Part shown: piece after piece, positions 18,581 to 28,506 of the stretch
Position numbering within the stretch: position 1 is the stretch's first letter
Layout of the letters: each line of letters begins with the position of its first letter
Source of the DNA: Nitrospiraceae bacterium
GTDB lineage: Bacteria > Nitrospirota > Nitrospiria > Nitrospirales > Nitrospiraceae
Direction: 5' to 3'
Assembly: GCA_046351115.1 (NCBI GenBank)
Contig: JAXLZB010000001.1
Location: forward strand, 2,990,570 to 3,054,569
DNA length: 64,000 bases
Notes under the pieces: model-generated
What the model was told of the DNA's origin: nothing
The model's database searches: none
Seen by the model: the letters and a program-made list of their open reading frames with translations, nothing else
Program-made: the position numbers and the translations under genes

Positions 18581-19498
18581 ATGTTCCAGATTCTGGGAAA
18601 GACGAATGTCGATTTCATGGGCAAGCGCAACATCGCGTTTGCCTTCTCTGGAGTACTAGTTCTCCTGGGCATCATTGCGGTCATTCAGATTGCGCGTGGG
18701 GCCGCCAATCTGGGGATCGATTTCGCCGGCGGAACGGCGGTGCAATTGAAGTTTGAGCAGCCGATTCGAATCGATGAAGCGCGCAAGGCCTTGGAAGCCA
18801 ACGGGCTTGGAACGGCGGAGTTGCAGGAGTTCGCGCAGGATAACAAGTTGCTGATCCGGATGAAGGCCTCGACCACCATCGAGGAAAAAGTCGCGGAGCG
18901 GGTGACGGCGGTCTTCACCAAAGAATTTCCGGGCAACAAATTCGTGATCGACTCGAGCACCGAGATCGGTCCTACGATCGGGAAGAAGCTGCAGGAAGAT
19001 GCGCTCATCGCGGTGTTGATTTCATTCGTCGGCATCATCTTGTACATCGCCGTGCGCTTCGAGCTCCGATTTGGGGTCGCCGCTGCGCTCGCCACGTTTC
19101 ACGACGTACTGGCGGTGCTCGGGGCGTTCTACATACTGGATCGGGAGATTACGCTGCTCGTGATTACCGCGTTATTGACGTTGGCCGGGTATTCGCTCAC
19201 GGACACTGTTGTGGTGTTCGACCGCATCCGTGAGAATTTGCGGACGCGCCGGCGCGAGCAGGAAGGCGAGATCATCAACAACGCCATCAATCAGGTTCTC
19301 AGCCGCACCATCGTGACGAGTCTCACGGTGGTGATCGTGCTGATCCCGCTCACCCTGTCCGGCGGCGAAGTGCTGCACGACTTCTCCCTCGCTCTGCTGT
19401 GGGGGGTAATTTTTGGAACCTACTCCTCCGTATTCGTGGCCAGCCCCTTGTTGCTGCTGTGGCCAGGCAGCGCCGGCAGCTTGATCAAGCGCGCATAG
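18581..19498 (+). CDS. secF: Protein translocase subunit SecF
   Basis: GIDFAGGT motif and C-terminal TM bundle. Confidence 0.95.
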   Translation: MFQILGKTNVDFMGKRNIAFAFSGVLVLLGIIAVIQIARGAANLGIDFAGGTAVQLKFEQPIRIDEARKALEANGLGTAELQEFAQDNKLLIRMKASTTIEEKVAERVTAVFTKEFPGNKFVIDSSTEIGPTIGKKLQEDALIAVLISFVGIILYIAVRFELRFGVAAALATFHDVLAVLGAFYILDREITLLVITALLTLAGYSLTDTVVVFDRIRENLRTRRREQEGEIINNAINQVLSRTIVTSLTVVIVLIPLTLSGGEVLHDFSLALLWGVIFGTYSSVFVASPLLLLWPGSAGSLIKRA

Positions 19499-19527
19499 CC
19501 GTCGCGGGGTTGGGGCAGCCGTCGTAC

Positions 19528-19555
19528 GCTCCCTCCATGGTAGAGTGGAGGGAGC
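19528..19555 (+). terminator. GC-rich hairpin after secF (no U-tract)
   Basis: gctccctcca / tggagggagc 10-bp stem with an 8-nt loop. Confidence 0.35.
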
Positions 19556-19579
19556 CTAGCCAGAGGCGGGATCGCATCC

Positions 19580-22500
19580 ATGTCGTTCTGGAGCCGGTCG
19601 CACAGCCTCCAGCGGAAGATCATTGCAGCCATCGTGCTGGTGGGTCTCCTACCGGTCTGTTTGTCCCTCGTACTGACCTATATCGAAGAGCGCCGGGCGC
19701 TTCGGGAAACGCTCGGGGCCAACTTTAAAGAAGTGGCCGTTGAGACGGCCCGCCGGATCGAGATGCAAGTGAGCCGGGGGGTCAATGAGGCCCAGCAGCT
19801 CGCGGCCACGCCGTTCCTTCGCACTGCGGTCACGGAAGCCAACCGCACCTACCACGAAAAAGACGAGAAGGCGATCCAGTCCATGATCAAGGACTGGCAG
19901 CAGCGTTGGCGGCAGCGTGACAAGAAAAGCGAATTTCCCCTCTTCATCAACCGGATCGTCACGAATTATCTGATTCGGTGGCACGATATCCGGAAGGCCG
20001 ACTACGTCGGCATTTTCGTGACCGACAATCACGGCGCGTTGGTCGTGAGTTCCATCCCGCAGGTCGAATACTATTACGGCAAGACGAATTGGTGGCAGGC
20101 GATCATGCATCGCCGTGGCCAGGTCTATGTGGGCGACATCGCCTTCGATCCTTCCTTCGGGACTCACGTCGTCAACGTCACGGCTCCCATTCTCGACGAT
20201 GAGCAGCGCGCAACGATCGGGGCTGTCACGGTTTTGCTTCGCCGCGACACGCTTTTTCACTCGGTCGCCGAAGCCACCGTGGGACGGTCGGGGCATGCCA
20301 TGCTGTTCAGTTCGGACGGTGCGCCTCTGATCTGTCCGATCTTGGCGCCCGAGGAGCATTCCGTGACTCCGGAACTGGTCACAGCCTTGGGCTCCAGCCA
20401 GGCCGGGTGGGCGACCGCCGCCAATGATTCTCACGGCGCACAACAGGCCTTGGTTGGCTACGCCCCGGTTCGGCTCGGCGAGGGCTTGGCGCCGGAAAGC
20501 ATGGGGGGGAAGCGATGGGTGGCGTTCGTCCGTCAGGATCCCGAGGAAACGTTCGCACCCCTTTCCCAGTTGGTCCTCAAAGTGACCGTCTATGGACTAT
20601 GCGTACTGGCGGTCTTGCTCGTCACAGGGTTTGCCGTCGCGCGGCGGATCGCCCGTCCGATCGGGTTGTTGCACGAGGGCGTGCTGCGTATCGGCAGCGG
20701 GAGCTTGGATCAGCGGCTGGAGCTTCACACCGGTGATGAAATTGAGCACCTGGCCGAGGCCTTCAACAGGATGGCCGCCAACCTCCGACTCTCCTTCGGG
20801 CAGATTGAGCAGCGAATGGAGGAGGTGCGCCGACTGGAAGAAAAATATCGCGACCTGATCGAGCATTCCCCCGAGATGATCTATCAGCTCAATAAGGCAG
20901 GGCAGTTCGTCCACGTGAACAAGACGGGGCTCGACAAGCTGGGCTATGCGCTGGACGAAATGCTGAAAATGCGCCTGTGGGAGCTCGTGCCGAAGGGGCG
21001 GGAAGCCGATATTCTCGTCTATCTCGAGCGACTAGTCTCGCAGGGGCGGAGTTCGATTGAAACCGTCTTCCTGGCGCGAGACGGCCACCCGATCGACGTG
21101 GAAATCCATGCCACGGCCTTGTTCGATAGCGGCGGCGGCGGTTTGGTGCATTCCCGCGCGTTCGTGCGCGACATCACAGAACGACGCATTTTGGAAGCGC
21201 AGGTCCAGCGGTATACCACGCAGTTGGAGCAGGCTGTCAATGAGCGGACGCAGCAGCTGGTCGCCTCGCAGGAACGCTACAAGGCCCTGTTTGATCTGGT
21301 GGCCGATTCCGTCTTCATGGTAGGTGAGGACGGCGGGATTGTCGCGGTCAATAAGCGTGAAGAGCAGGCCTTGGGGTATGCGGCGGCGCAGGTGGTCGGC
21401 CGCAGCATCTTTGACGTGGTGGATGTCGCCTACCATGACGAGATGAAGGCGTTGTTGGCGGAGATCATCGGCGGGACGCGGCGTGTGCCGACGCAGGAGG
21501 TTACGGTCCACGACGCCGCGGGGGAAGAGCGGCCGGTGGAAATGGATTTGATTCAGGTGCGCGGCAGCGACCATACCTGGGTCATGGTGCAATTGCGCGA
21601 CATTACCGACCGGAAGCGGCTTGAGCGGCAGATGCAGATCTATCAGGCCGAGTTGGAAACCAAAGTCCGCGAGCGGACGCGTGAGATCGAGGAAACAAAG
21701 CAATACTTGGAGAATCTGCTCGAGAATGCCAACGACGTCATTTATACGCTCGACGGCAGTCAATGTTTCACCTATGTGAACAGCAAAATTCAGGCTTGGG
21801 GGTATCAGAAAGAGCATTTGCTCGGACGGCCCTACTTGGCGCTTCTCTCCAAGCGGCACCGCGGTAGGCGTCTGAAATCGACGTTGGATATCGGCGTGAA
21901 GCAGGTCTACGAAGTCGAGGTGCTTACGAGGACCGGGGAGCCGAGGCTGGTCATGGTCAGCGTGTCCCCGCTGCAGGGGGCAGACGGTACGATCCTGGGG
22001 GTACTGGGCATCGCGCGTGACATGACTGATACCAAGAAACTGGAACAGCAAATACGAAATTCCGAGAAGCTGGCCTCCGTCGGTAAGTTGGCGGCGGGCG
22101 TCGCCCACGAGATCAACAACCCCTTGGGTGGCATCCTCAATTGTTTGTACAATCTTCGTAAGGGCACATTGTCGCCGGCCCGTCAGGAAGAGTATCTTGC
22201 CTCGATGGAGGACGGCTTGCGCCGTGTGCAGAAGATTGTGCGCCAACTGCTCGATTTCTCTCAGCAGCACAATCCTGAGTTGGCGTTGGCCGACATCAAT
22301 CAGGTCGTGAACCGGGTGTTACTATTGACGGACCACCTGTTCAGTCCGCACCGCGTGGTCCTCGAGACTGATTTGGATCCCGACGTGCCCGAGTTGATGA
22401 TCGATCGCCACATGATGGAACAGGTCTTGATGAACCTGGTGTTGAATGCGATTCAAGCAATGCGCACGGGTGGATTGCTGAAGATCCGGACCTTCGTGGA

Positions 22501-22756
22501 TGGGACGAATTGCATGGTGGAGATCAAGGACACGGGGTGCGGTATTCCCGCTTCCGTGCTGCCGAAGATTTTTGATCCGTTCTTCACCACAAAAAGCGAG
22601 GGGGAGGGGACAGGTTTGGGCCTATCCGTCAGTTTGGGCATCGTAGAGCGGCACGGCGGAAAGATTTTCGTGGACAGCGAAGTGGGGCGAGGCACCACCT
22701 TTACGCTGTCGATTCCGTTGACATCTGAACGTTACGCCATCGGGAGGTTTTCGTGA
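19580..22756 (+). CDS. Sensor histidine kinase (Cache-like periplasmic domain, HAMP, multiple PAS, HisKA, HATPase)
   Basis: Two TM helices flank a ~300-aa periplasmic domain. HAMP (ARPIGLLHEG...EAFNRMAANL), repeated PAS-like modules, H-box AAGVAHEINNPL, G-box GEGTGLGLS. Confidence 0.9.
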   Translation: MSFWSRSHSLQRKIIAAIVLVGLLPVCLSLVLTYIEERRALRETLGANFKEVAVETARRIEMQVSRGVNEAQQLAATPFLRTAVTEANRTYHEKDEKAIQSMIKDWQQRWRQRDKKSEFPLFINRIVTNYLIRWHDIRKADYVGIFVTDNHGALVVSSIPQVEYYYGKTNWWQAIMHRRGQVYVGDIAFDPSFGTHVVNVTAPILDDEQRATIGAVTVLLRRDTLFHSVAEATVGRSGHAMLFSSDGAPLICPILAPEEHSVTPELVTALGSSQAGWATAANDSHGAQQALVGYAPVRLGEGLAPESMGGKRWVAFVRQDPEETFAPLSQLVLKVTVYGLCVLAVLLVTGFAVARRIARPIGLLHEGVLRIGSGSLDQRLELHTGDEIEHLAEAFNRMAANLRLSFGQIEQRMEEVRRLEEKYRDLIEHSPEMIYQLNKAGQFVHVNKTGLDKLGYALDEMLKMRLWELVPKGREADILVYLERLVSQGRSSIETVFLARDGHPIDVEIHATALFDSGGGGLVHSRAFVRDITERRILEAQVQRYTTQLEQAVNERTQQLVASQERYKALFDLVADSVFMVGEDGGIVAVNKREEQALGYAAAQVVGRSIFDVVDVAYHDEMKALLAEIIGGTRRVPTQEVTVHDAAGEERPVEMDLIQVRGSDHTWVMVQLRDITDRKRLERQMQIYQAELETKVRERTREIEETKQYLENLLENANDVIYTLDGSQCFTYVNSKIQAWGYQKEHLLGRPYLALLSKRHRGRRLKSTLDIGVKQVYEVEVLTRTGEPRLVMVSVSPLQGADGTILGVLGIARDMTDTKKLEQQIRNSEKLASVGKLAAGVAHEINNPLGGILNCLYNLRKGTLSPARQEEYLASMEDGLRRVQKIVRQLLDFSQQHNPELALADINQVVNRVLLLTDHLFSPHRVVLETDLDPDVPELMIDRHMMEQVLMNLVLNAIQAMRTGGLLKIRTFVDGTNCMVEIKDTGCGIPASVLPKIFDPFFTTKSEGEGTGLGLSVSLGIVERHGGKIFVDSEVGRGTTFTLSIPLTSERYAIGRFS

Positions 22757-24207
22757 AAGGGTTTCGGGTGTTGATCGTCGATGATGAGCCGCTTATGCGG
22801 CTCTCTATGGTGGACGCCCTCGAAGGGATTGGGTGCGAGGTGACGGCCGCCGCGACGGGGACGGAAGGCCTGCATGTATTGGCTACGCGTCCGTTTGATC
22901 TCGTCATCACCGATTTGCGTTTGCCCGGGGCCGACGGGTTGACGGTCCTCAAGACCAGCAAGGAACGGTCTCCCACGACCGAGGTGATCGTGATTACGGC
23001 GCATGGCTCGGTCGATACGGCCGTGGGGGCGATGAAGCTCGGCGCCTATGACTACGTGACGAAGCCCTTTCAGATGGATGAACTGCTGCTAGTGGTCGAA
23101 CGTGCGGGCAAGATCCTGGGCCTGCGCCGGGAAAACTTGGATCTCAAGGAGACGCTGGAAGAACGATTCAGCTTCGGAGGAATTCTCGGGCGCAATAACT
23201 ACATGCGGGCGTTGCTCGAGAAGATAAAGCTCGTAGCTGCCACCGATTCGACGGTCTTGATCATCGGTGAGAGCGGCACGGGGAAGGAATTGGTGGCCAA
23301 TGCTCTGCACCAGAACAGCCCTCGTCGAGATCAGCCGCTCATCAAAGTGAGCTGTGCCGCATTGCCGGAAACCTTGTTGGAAGCCGAATTGTTTGGACAT
23401 GAGAAGGGTGCCTTCACCGGCGCGCTTCGCCAGCGGCGCGGCCGGTTCGAGTTGGCTCATCGCGGCACGTTGTTCCTGGATGAGATCGGTGAAATTTCTC
23501 CCGTGGTCCAAGTCAAACTGTTGCGCGTGCTACAGGAGCGCCAGTTCGAACGAGTCGGGGGAAATGAGACGATTGAAAGCGACGTGCGCGTGGTCTGTGC
23601 GACGCAGAAAGATCTCCGTAAAGAAGTGGCGCACGGCCGGTTTCGAGAAGATTTGTACTATCGGCTCAATGTCGTCCAAATCATCGTGCCGCCGTTGCGG
23701 GAACGCCGAGAAGACGCGCTGCTGATTGCCGAGCATGTGTTGCAAACGCGTTCGACGAAGCTCTGTAAGAGTCTCAAGGGATTTGCGCAACCCAGCCGGG
23801 AATTGCTCCTGAAATACTCGTTTCCCGGCAACGTGCGTGAATTGGAGAACATGGTGGAGCGCGCCGTGGCGCTCGGGCGCGAGGGGGAGTCGGTGCAGCC
23901 CTGGGACCTGTGCGGATTTCAGTCCTGTCCGTATCTCGGAGGGGCGCCGCAGGAATCCTGCGGGTTCTGTAGCGAGGGACTGGCCATTGGCACGAAGCGC
24001 CCGGCAGAGGGCGTGACCTCGACGCTCGCGGCCGCCCGCGAACAATTTGAGCGGGACTTCATCCTGGAGGTGCTGAAAAAGGTTGATGGGAGCCGCACCA
24101 ACGCCGCCCATCTCCTGGGGCTGTCGCGAAAGGCTTTGTGGGAGAAGTGCAAACGCTACGGCATCGCATCCGCAAGGGAGGAAGCCGACGATGACGACGG
24201 CTCGTGA
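22753..24207 (+). CDS. Sigma-54-dependent response regulator (NtrC family)
   Basis: REC domain ([11 protein letters not shown]), Walker [15 protein letters not shown] loop, C-terminal Fis-type HTH. The GTG start overlaps the kinase stop (GTGA). Confidence 0.9.
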   Translation: MKGFRVLIVDDEPLMRLSMVDALEGIGCEVTAAATGTEGLHVLATRPFDLVITDLRLPGADGLTVLKTSKERSPTTEVIVITAHGSVDTAVGAMKLGAYDYVTKPFQMDELLLVVERAGKILGLRRENLDLKETLEERFSFGGILGRNNYMRALLEKIKLVAATDSTVLIIGESGTGKELVANALHQNSPRRDQPLIKVSCAALPETLLEAELFGHEKGAFTGALRQRRGRFELAHRGTLFLDEIGEISPVVQVKLLRVLQERQFERVGGNETIESDVRVVCATQKDLRKEVAHGRFREDLYYRLNVVQIIVPPLRERREDALLIAEHVLQTRSTKLCKSLKGFAQPSRELLLKYSFPGNVRELENMVERAVALGREGESVQPWDLCGFQSCPYLGGAPQESCGFCSEGLAIGTKRPAEGVTSTLAAAREQFERDFILEVLKKVDGSRTNAAHLLGLSRKALWEKCKRYGIASAREEADDDDGS

Positions 24208-24218
24208 CTGAACTGAGG

Positions 24219-24241
24219 GCGGCCCCATCATAAGGGGCCGC
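24219..24241. terminator. Hairpin between convergent genes
   Basis: gcggcccc / ggggccgc 8-bp GC stem with a 7-nt loop, between the regulator stop and the WD40 stop. Confidence 0.4.
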
Positions 24242-24269
24242 ATCGCTCGCAACGGTTACCGAGGACTGA

Positions 24270-25361
24270 CTACTCGGCCGATTCCGGCCCGCCTTCCCAG
24301 AGCTTCACCGTGCGATCCCACGAAGCACTCGCCAATCGTAGGCCGTCCGGTGAGAAACACAGGCCCCGCACAGGCCCCGAGTGGCCTTTGAGTGTTCGGA
24401 AGTTTCGCCCAGTGGAGATGTCCCAGAAGCGAATCGTCTGGTCGTCGCTCGCGCTGACCAGCACCTTGCCGTCCGGTGAAACCGTCAGGGCGCGGACCCA
24501 GCCGGTGTGGCCCCGCAGCACTCTGAGTTCGGACATGGCGGGCATTTCGAAAAAGCGAATGGTCGTATCGCGGCTGCCTGTGATCAATAATTTGGCGTCC
24601 GGCGTAAAGGTCATAGCCCCGATCCAGTACTCCATCGGCTTCTGGAATCCGCCGTCATCTTCGATGAAGTAGCCTCGGGTTTCCGTCGAGTCTTCAGCCG
24701 ACTCCTGCCAATGGCCGTTGTGCAGGATCTTTTCTTCGCCGCTGGGCAACACTTCCCAGATCTTGATCTTACCGATGTCGCTGCCGCTGGCCAAGTGGAT
24801 GCCGTCGGGAGAAAACGCGACACACACCGACCAATGGTGGTCGTACTGATCTTTCCCGAGCAAAGTCATCAACTCAGTGCCGGTCGTGACTTCCCAAATC
24901 TTGATGTCCTTATTGTGGCTACCGCGGGCGAGCATCAAGCCATCGGGCGACAATGAGAGGCTGCAGACATTGTGGTCGTAACGCGTGAATAGCAGCTTGG
25001 TGGATTCGCCCGTCTTGGGGTTCCACAAACGGATGGTGCGATCCTCGCTTCCGGTCGCCAGGGTTTGACCATCAGGTGTATACACGATGGCGCGAATATC
25101 ATTAGTATGGCCGCGGAGTGAGCGCAGGAGACGCCCGGTCTCGATATCCCAAATGCGTACATAGCGATCAACGCCGCCACTGGCGAGCGACAAGCCGTCC
25201 GGTGCGTAAGCGACGGCCCACACGCCATGAGAATGACCGCGAAACGTATTCAATTCGCGGATGCCGGCCTTCCAATGCTCGAGATAATCGACGGGTGCGG
25301 CGCCGGGCGCACCCGTCTGAGTGGGCTGCGGAGTTGGAGGAATTGTGGCTTGGTTGCTCAT
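24270..25361 (-). CDS. WD40-repeat beta-propeller protein
   Basis: Seven or so repeats of the GH...SPDG...ASGS.D.TI(K/R)(I/L)W(D/E) type. Confidence 0.85.
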   Translation of the reverse strand: MSNQATIPPTPQPTQTGAPGAAPVDYLEHWKAGIRELNTFRGHSHGVWAVAYAPDGLSLASGGVDRYVRIWDIETGRLLRSLRGHTNDIRAIVYTPDGQTLATGSEDRTIRLWNPKTGESTKLLFTRYDHNVCSLSLSPDGLMLARGSHNKDIKIWEVTTGTELMTLLGKDQYDHHWSVCVAFSPDGIHLASGSDIGKIKIWEVLPSGEEKILHNGHWQESAEDSTETRGYFIEDDGGFQKPMEYWIGAMTFTPDAKLLITGSRDTTIRFFEMPAMSELRVLRGHTGWVRALTVSPDGKVLVSASDDQTIRFWDISTGRNFRTLKGHSGPVRGLCFSPDGLRLASASWDRTVKLWEGGPESAE

Positions 25362-25425
25362 AGCGATGGTTGCCTCTGGCGGAGCCCCGGCTCGTGTCGC
25401 CGGACGCCTGTCTGTCCCGCGTGGT

Positions 25426-25455
25426 TTGCAAATCCCGCGAGGGGGTTTGTATAAT
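25426..25455 (+). promoter_or_regulatory. Candidate sigma-70 promoter (TTGCAA-N18-TATAAT)
   Basis: -35 at 25426..25431 and an exact TATAAT at 25450..25455, about 100 nt upstream of ATG 25557. Confidence 0.35.
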
Positions 25456-25556
25456 TCTCGGTCCCAGTCTGGGATCGTAAGAGAGTGAGCCGGGGCAAGT
25501 CAAGCGCACCGCCCCCCAGATCGCATTATCCAGGCCTCTCGACAAAGGAAGGTATT

Positions 25557-26588
25557 ATGGCAACGGGAGTCGAGGTATCCAGGTCACAGATGGAAATTCG
25601 CTTTCAACCCGCCTTACTGCAGGAGGTCATCGATTCGTTCATCGAGAAGACCGAGCGCGAAGGGGACCCGACCTACTATAAAGAGTTTCATGAGCTGGCA
25701 GATCCGATCTATGAAAAATTCACGCTCGATGATCGCGAGGCGGAATTCAAGAAGCTGTATCAGTATCTATTCGGGACCTGGGGATTCTCTGACATCATCC
25801 GAGACGCCTTCAACGAATACCCTGAGCTCAAACAGCGGGTCGGGATCGTCCTGGTCAAGGGCGTCCTGAAAGAAGACCAAGAGGGCGTCGACATTCTTCG
25901 CAAATGGGGATCGGTGGAGCACGAACTGGCCAAGAGCTTCGAAGAGAAGGGGCTCAAGGGCGTGGGGATCAAGCTGATTCCGCGGCGCTTCTATGACCCG
26001 GCTCTGACGCGCTACTGCCGGCATGAGTTGATGCATATCCACGATATGCTAGACCCGGCATTCGGCTATGATCCTGATACGAGGGTCGGTCAAAATCCCG
26101 GCGAAGAAACACTTATTCTGCATCGCTATCGCGTGTTGTGGAATCTGAGCGTCGACAGCCGGCTCATTGCCGCCGGGCGCGAGCCGATGCTTTCCAAAGA
26201 GGATCGCTTCAAAGAATTTCGTTCCTGGTATCGCAAGATTCCACCCGCCCAGCTGAAGTCGGTGTTCGAAGGCCTCTGGCAAATGAGCTATTTCACCCAC
26301 TCCGAACTGGTGGAAATGGCGACGGATACCTTGCGCGTGATGGACCATGCGGTCGACGTCGAAGGCGGCGAGGTGCCCGAGACGACCAACAAAGTCATGC
26401 TGATGCCGGGGTTCCCTTGTCCGCTCTGCCGCTTTCCGACCTACTCGTGGGTCGAGGATTTGGGGACAAAAGTGGAAAGCTACGTGCTGGATTTCATCCG
26501 CGAGAACCATCCGGGCTGGGACATCGAGTTCGGAGCGTGTGATCGCTGCGTGGAAGTGTATAAGCTGCGCGCCGACGGCGTAATGTAA
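25557..26588 (+). CDS. Conserved hypothetical protein with an HExxH motif and a C-terminal CxxC...CxxC zinc ribbon
   Basis: ORF track 25485..26588; ATG 25557 follows aaggaagg. HELMH at 26022..26036. C-terminal CPLC and CDRC. Confidence 0.7.
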   Translation: MATGVEVSRSQMEIRFQPALLQEVIDSFIEKTEREGDPTYYKEFHELADPIYEKFTLDDREAEFKKLYQYLFGTWGFSDIIRDAFNEYPELKQRVGIVLVKGVLKEDQEGVDILRKWGSVEHELAKSFEEKGLKGVGIKLIPRRFYDPALTRYCRHELMHIHDMLDPAFGYDPDTRVGQNPGEETLILHRYRVLWNLSVDSRLIAAGREPMLSKEDRFKEFRSWYRKIPPAQLKSVFEGLWQMSYFTHSELVEMATDTLRVMDHAVDVEGGEVPETTNKVMLMPGFPCPLCRFPTYSWVEDLGTKVESYVLDFIRENHPGWDIEFGACDRCVEVYKLRADGVM

Positions 26589-26601
26589 CAACGAGGACAC
26601 G

Positions 26602-27207
26602 GTGGGGGGCGATCCCAAATACGGACGGCGAGACTTCCTCAAGGATTCGGTCGTCTCGGTTGCAAAGGCCGCGCGGGAATTTTCTATCCACAAAGATGCG
26701 GTGCGTGAGCCGGTGGCTGCACCCCCGCGGGTCGATTGGCTGCGCCCGCCTGGAGCAGTGGCGGAGGCTCTCTTCCTCGAACGGTGCACCAGTTGTGGCG
26801 ACTGCGTGAAGGCCTGCCCTCCGGCCGCGATTGTGACGGATGCAGCCAATGGCTCACCGGTGATTTTCCCGAGTGATACCGCCTGTGAGCTCTGTGAGGA
26901 GTTTCCCTGTATTGCGGCTTGTGCGACGGAGGCACTCCTGCCGGTCGAAGATCTATTTGCGGTCCGCATGGGCGTCGCGGCGGTTTCGCACCGGGTCTGC
27001 ACGGCAGGGCAAGGATGCCATGCGTGTGTATCGAAGTGTCCGACTGACGCGCTCTCGACCGATTTCGAGGCGTTTCGCCTCGTCGTATCGGCTCAGCGTT
27101 GTGTCGGTTGCGGACTCTGTGAGCAGGTCTGTAAAACGGTCAATGATCATATTGCGATCAAGGTGACCCCGGCCAGACATTGTGCGACAGGCGCGGTCGG
27201 ATTGTGA
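26602..27207 (+). CDS. NapF-like polyferredoxin (four 4Fe-4S-type Cys motifs, Tat-like RRDFLK at the N-terminus)
   Basis: GTG start after gagga. Motifs CTSCGDCVKACP, CELCEEFPCIAAC, CHACVSKCP, CVGCGLCEQVC. RRDFLK is followed by only a weak hydrophobic region. Confidence 0.8.
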   Translation: MGGDPKYGRRDFLKDSVVSVAKAAREFSIHKDAVREPVAAPPRVDWLRPPGAVAEALFLERCTSCGDCVKACPPAAIVTDAANGSPVIFPSDTACELCEEFPCIAACATEALLPVEDLFAVRMGVAAVSHRVCTAGQGCHACVSKCPTDALSTDFEAFRLVVSAQRCVGCGLCEQVCKTVNDHIAIKVTPARHCATGAVGL

Positions 27208-27309
27208 CGATTATGGCCGCCGAACGGTCTCGCAAGATGAGTGAACAGCGCCCTCAGCGTGCGAAAACCAAGATACTTGAGGCAAGTGATAGGGGGGACC
27301 AGTTCATGC

Positions 27310-27338
27310 TTGACATCCCCGCCACCTTTACCTATCAT
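27310..27338 (+). promoter_or_regulatory. Candidate sigma-70 promoter (TTGACA-N17-TATCAT)
   Basis: -35 at 27310..27315 and -10 at 27333..27338, within the 221-nt gap before the chaperone gene. Confidence 0.4.
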
Positions 27339-27428
27339 ACGCCTCCTGTGTCGCAGGACTCTTGTGTTGTGTGGTCGGTGTTTGAGATCGAAACACGCAA
27401 CATATTGAGGTGAGGAGAAAAAGTACGT

Positions 27429-28406
27429 ATGACCTCGAAACAAGTCGTGCAATCAACCTCCCCCTCCTCCACGGTCGTGGCTCCCACGCAAAGCGTCGCC
27501 ATAAAAGATTCCCCATCGGTTGAGCGTGCATTGAATCGAAGCAAAGTCTATTTGCTTCTGTCTTGGAGCTTGCTCTATCCCGAAGACGATGAATTCCTGG
27601 ACTATTTGCAGTGCGGAGAATTCGTCGAAGACGGGCGGGCGGCACTCGAGGCGTTGCGTGTCGCGCTGGACGGGATCGGCGGAGAGCGGGCAAAGCAGAA
27701 GATCGGCCTGCTCAACAAGCAGTTCGATTTGATCGAGAAATTGGTCGCGGCTGAATGTGTCAATTGGCAGCTGAGCGATCTGCAGACGGAACATCGCCGG
27801 GTCTTCACCAACGTGATCACGTTGGATTGCCCGCCGTATGAAACGTTGTTCGGGAACGATCACGTGTTTGCGCAGTCCCATGTGATGGGGGACATTGCAG
27901 GGTTCTACAAGGCGTTCGGCGTCGAGCTCTCGAAGGACATCCATGAGCGCTTGGACCATCTGAGCGTCGAGTTCGAATTCATGCATTTCCTCACCTACAA
28001 GGAATCGTACTCGCGTTGCCACGACGGTCTGGAGAAGACTGAAATCGTCGTAGATGCGCAGAAGAAATTCGTCAAGAATCACATCGGTCGATGGGTGCCG
28101 CTGTTTTGTCGCATGCTGGCCAAGAAGGCGGACGCGGGCTTGTTCAAAATTATGGCCGATTGCATGTCTGAGTGGATGGATTTTGAGGTCGCCTTCCTCG
28201 GGGTGAATCCGCAACCCTACTCCGAGGCGGATTATCGGCCGGCTACCTTCAATGCTCCGGAAGGTCAAACCTACGAGTGTGGGGCGCAGGATCAAGGGAA
28301 TGAGCTGAGCATGTTGCTGAGCGAGGTCGGGGCCCAGTCTTTCATGGACCAGAAGGACAAAGAGAAAGACGGCAAAAAAGATGAGGGTCCCGTCGGAACT
28401 GCGTAG
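27429..28406 (+). CDS. TorD/NarJ/DmsD-family redox-enzyme maturation chaperone (NxrD-like)
   Basis: LLSWSLLYPEDDEF, EHRRVFT and DHLSVEFEFMHFL motifs typical of the family. RBS ggtgaggag. Confidence 0.8.
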   Translation: MTSKQVVQSTSPSSTVVAPTQSVAIKDSPSVERALNRSKVYLLLSWSLLYPEDDEFLDYLQCGEFVEDGRAALEALRVALDGIGGERAKQKIGLLNKQFDLIEKLVAAECVNWQLSDLQTEHRRVFTNVITLDCPPYETLFGNDHVFAQSHVMGDIAGFYKAFGVELSKDIHERLDHLSVEFEFMHFLTYKESYSRCHDGLEKTEIVVDAQKKFVKNHIGRWVPLFCRMLAKKADAGLFKIMADCMSEWMDFEVAFLGVNPQPYSEADYRPATFNAPEGQTYECGAQDQGNELSMLLSEVGAQSFMDQKDKEKDGKKDEGPVGTA

Positions 28407-28506
28407 GGGTTCACGTTTGTTGGGTGCTGTGCGTTTGGGTTTTCAGTAGGCGTTATAAGGTCTCAGTTCTTTAATCCATTAATCTTTTTAGAGGAGGGCA
28501 TACGCA

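Noticed and set aside
27180-27413. 77-aa ORF in the gap between the ferredoxin and the chaperone gene
   Set aside because: It overlaps the ferredoxin 3' end, has no SD, and contains the candidate promoter for the chaperone gene.
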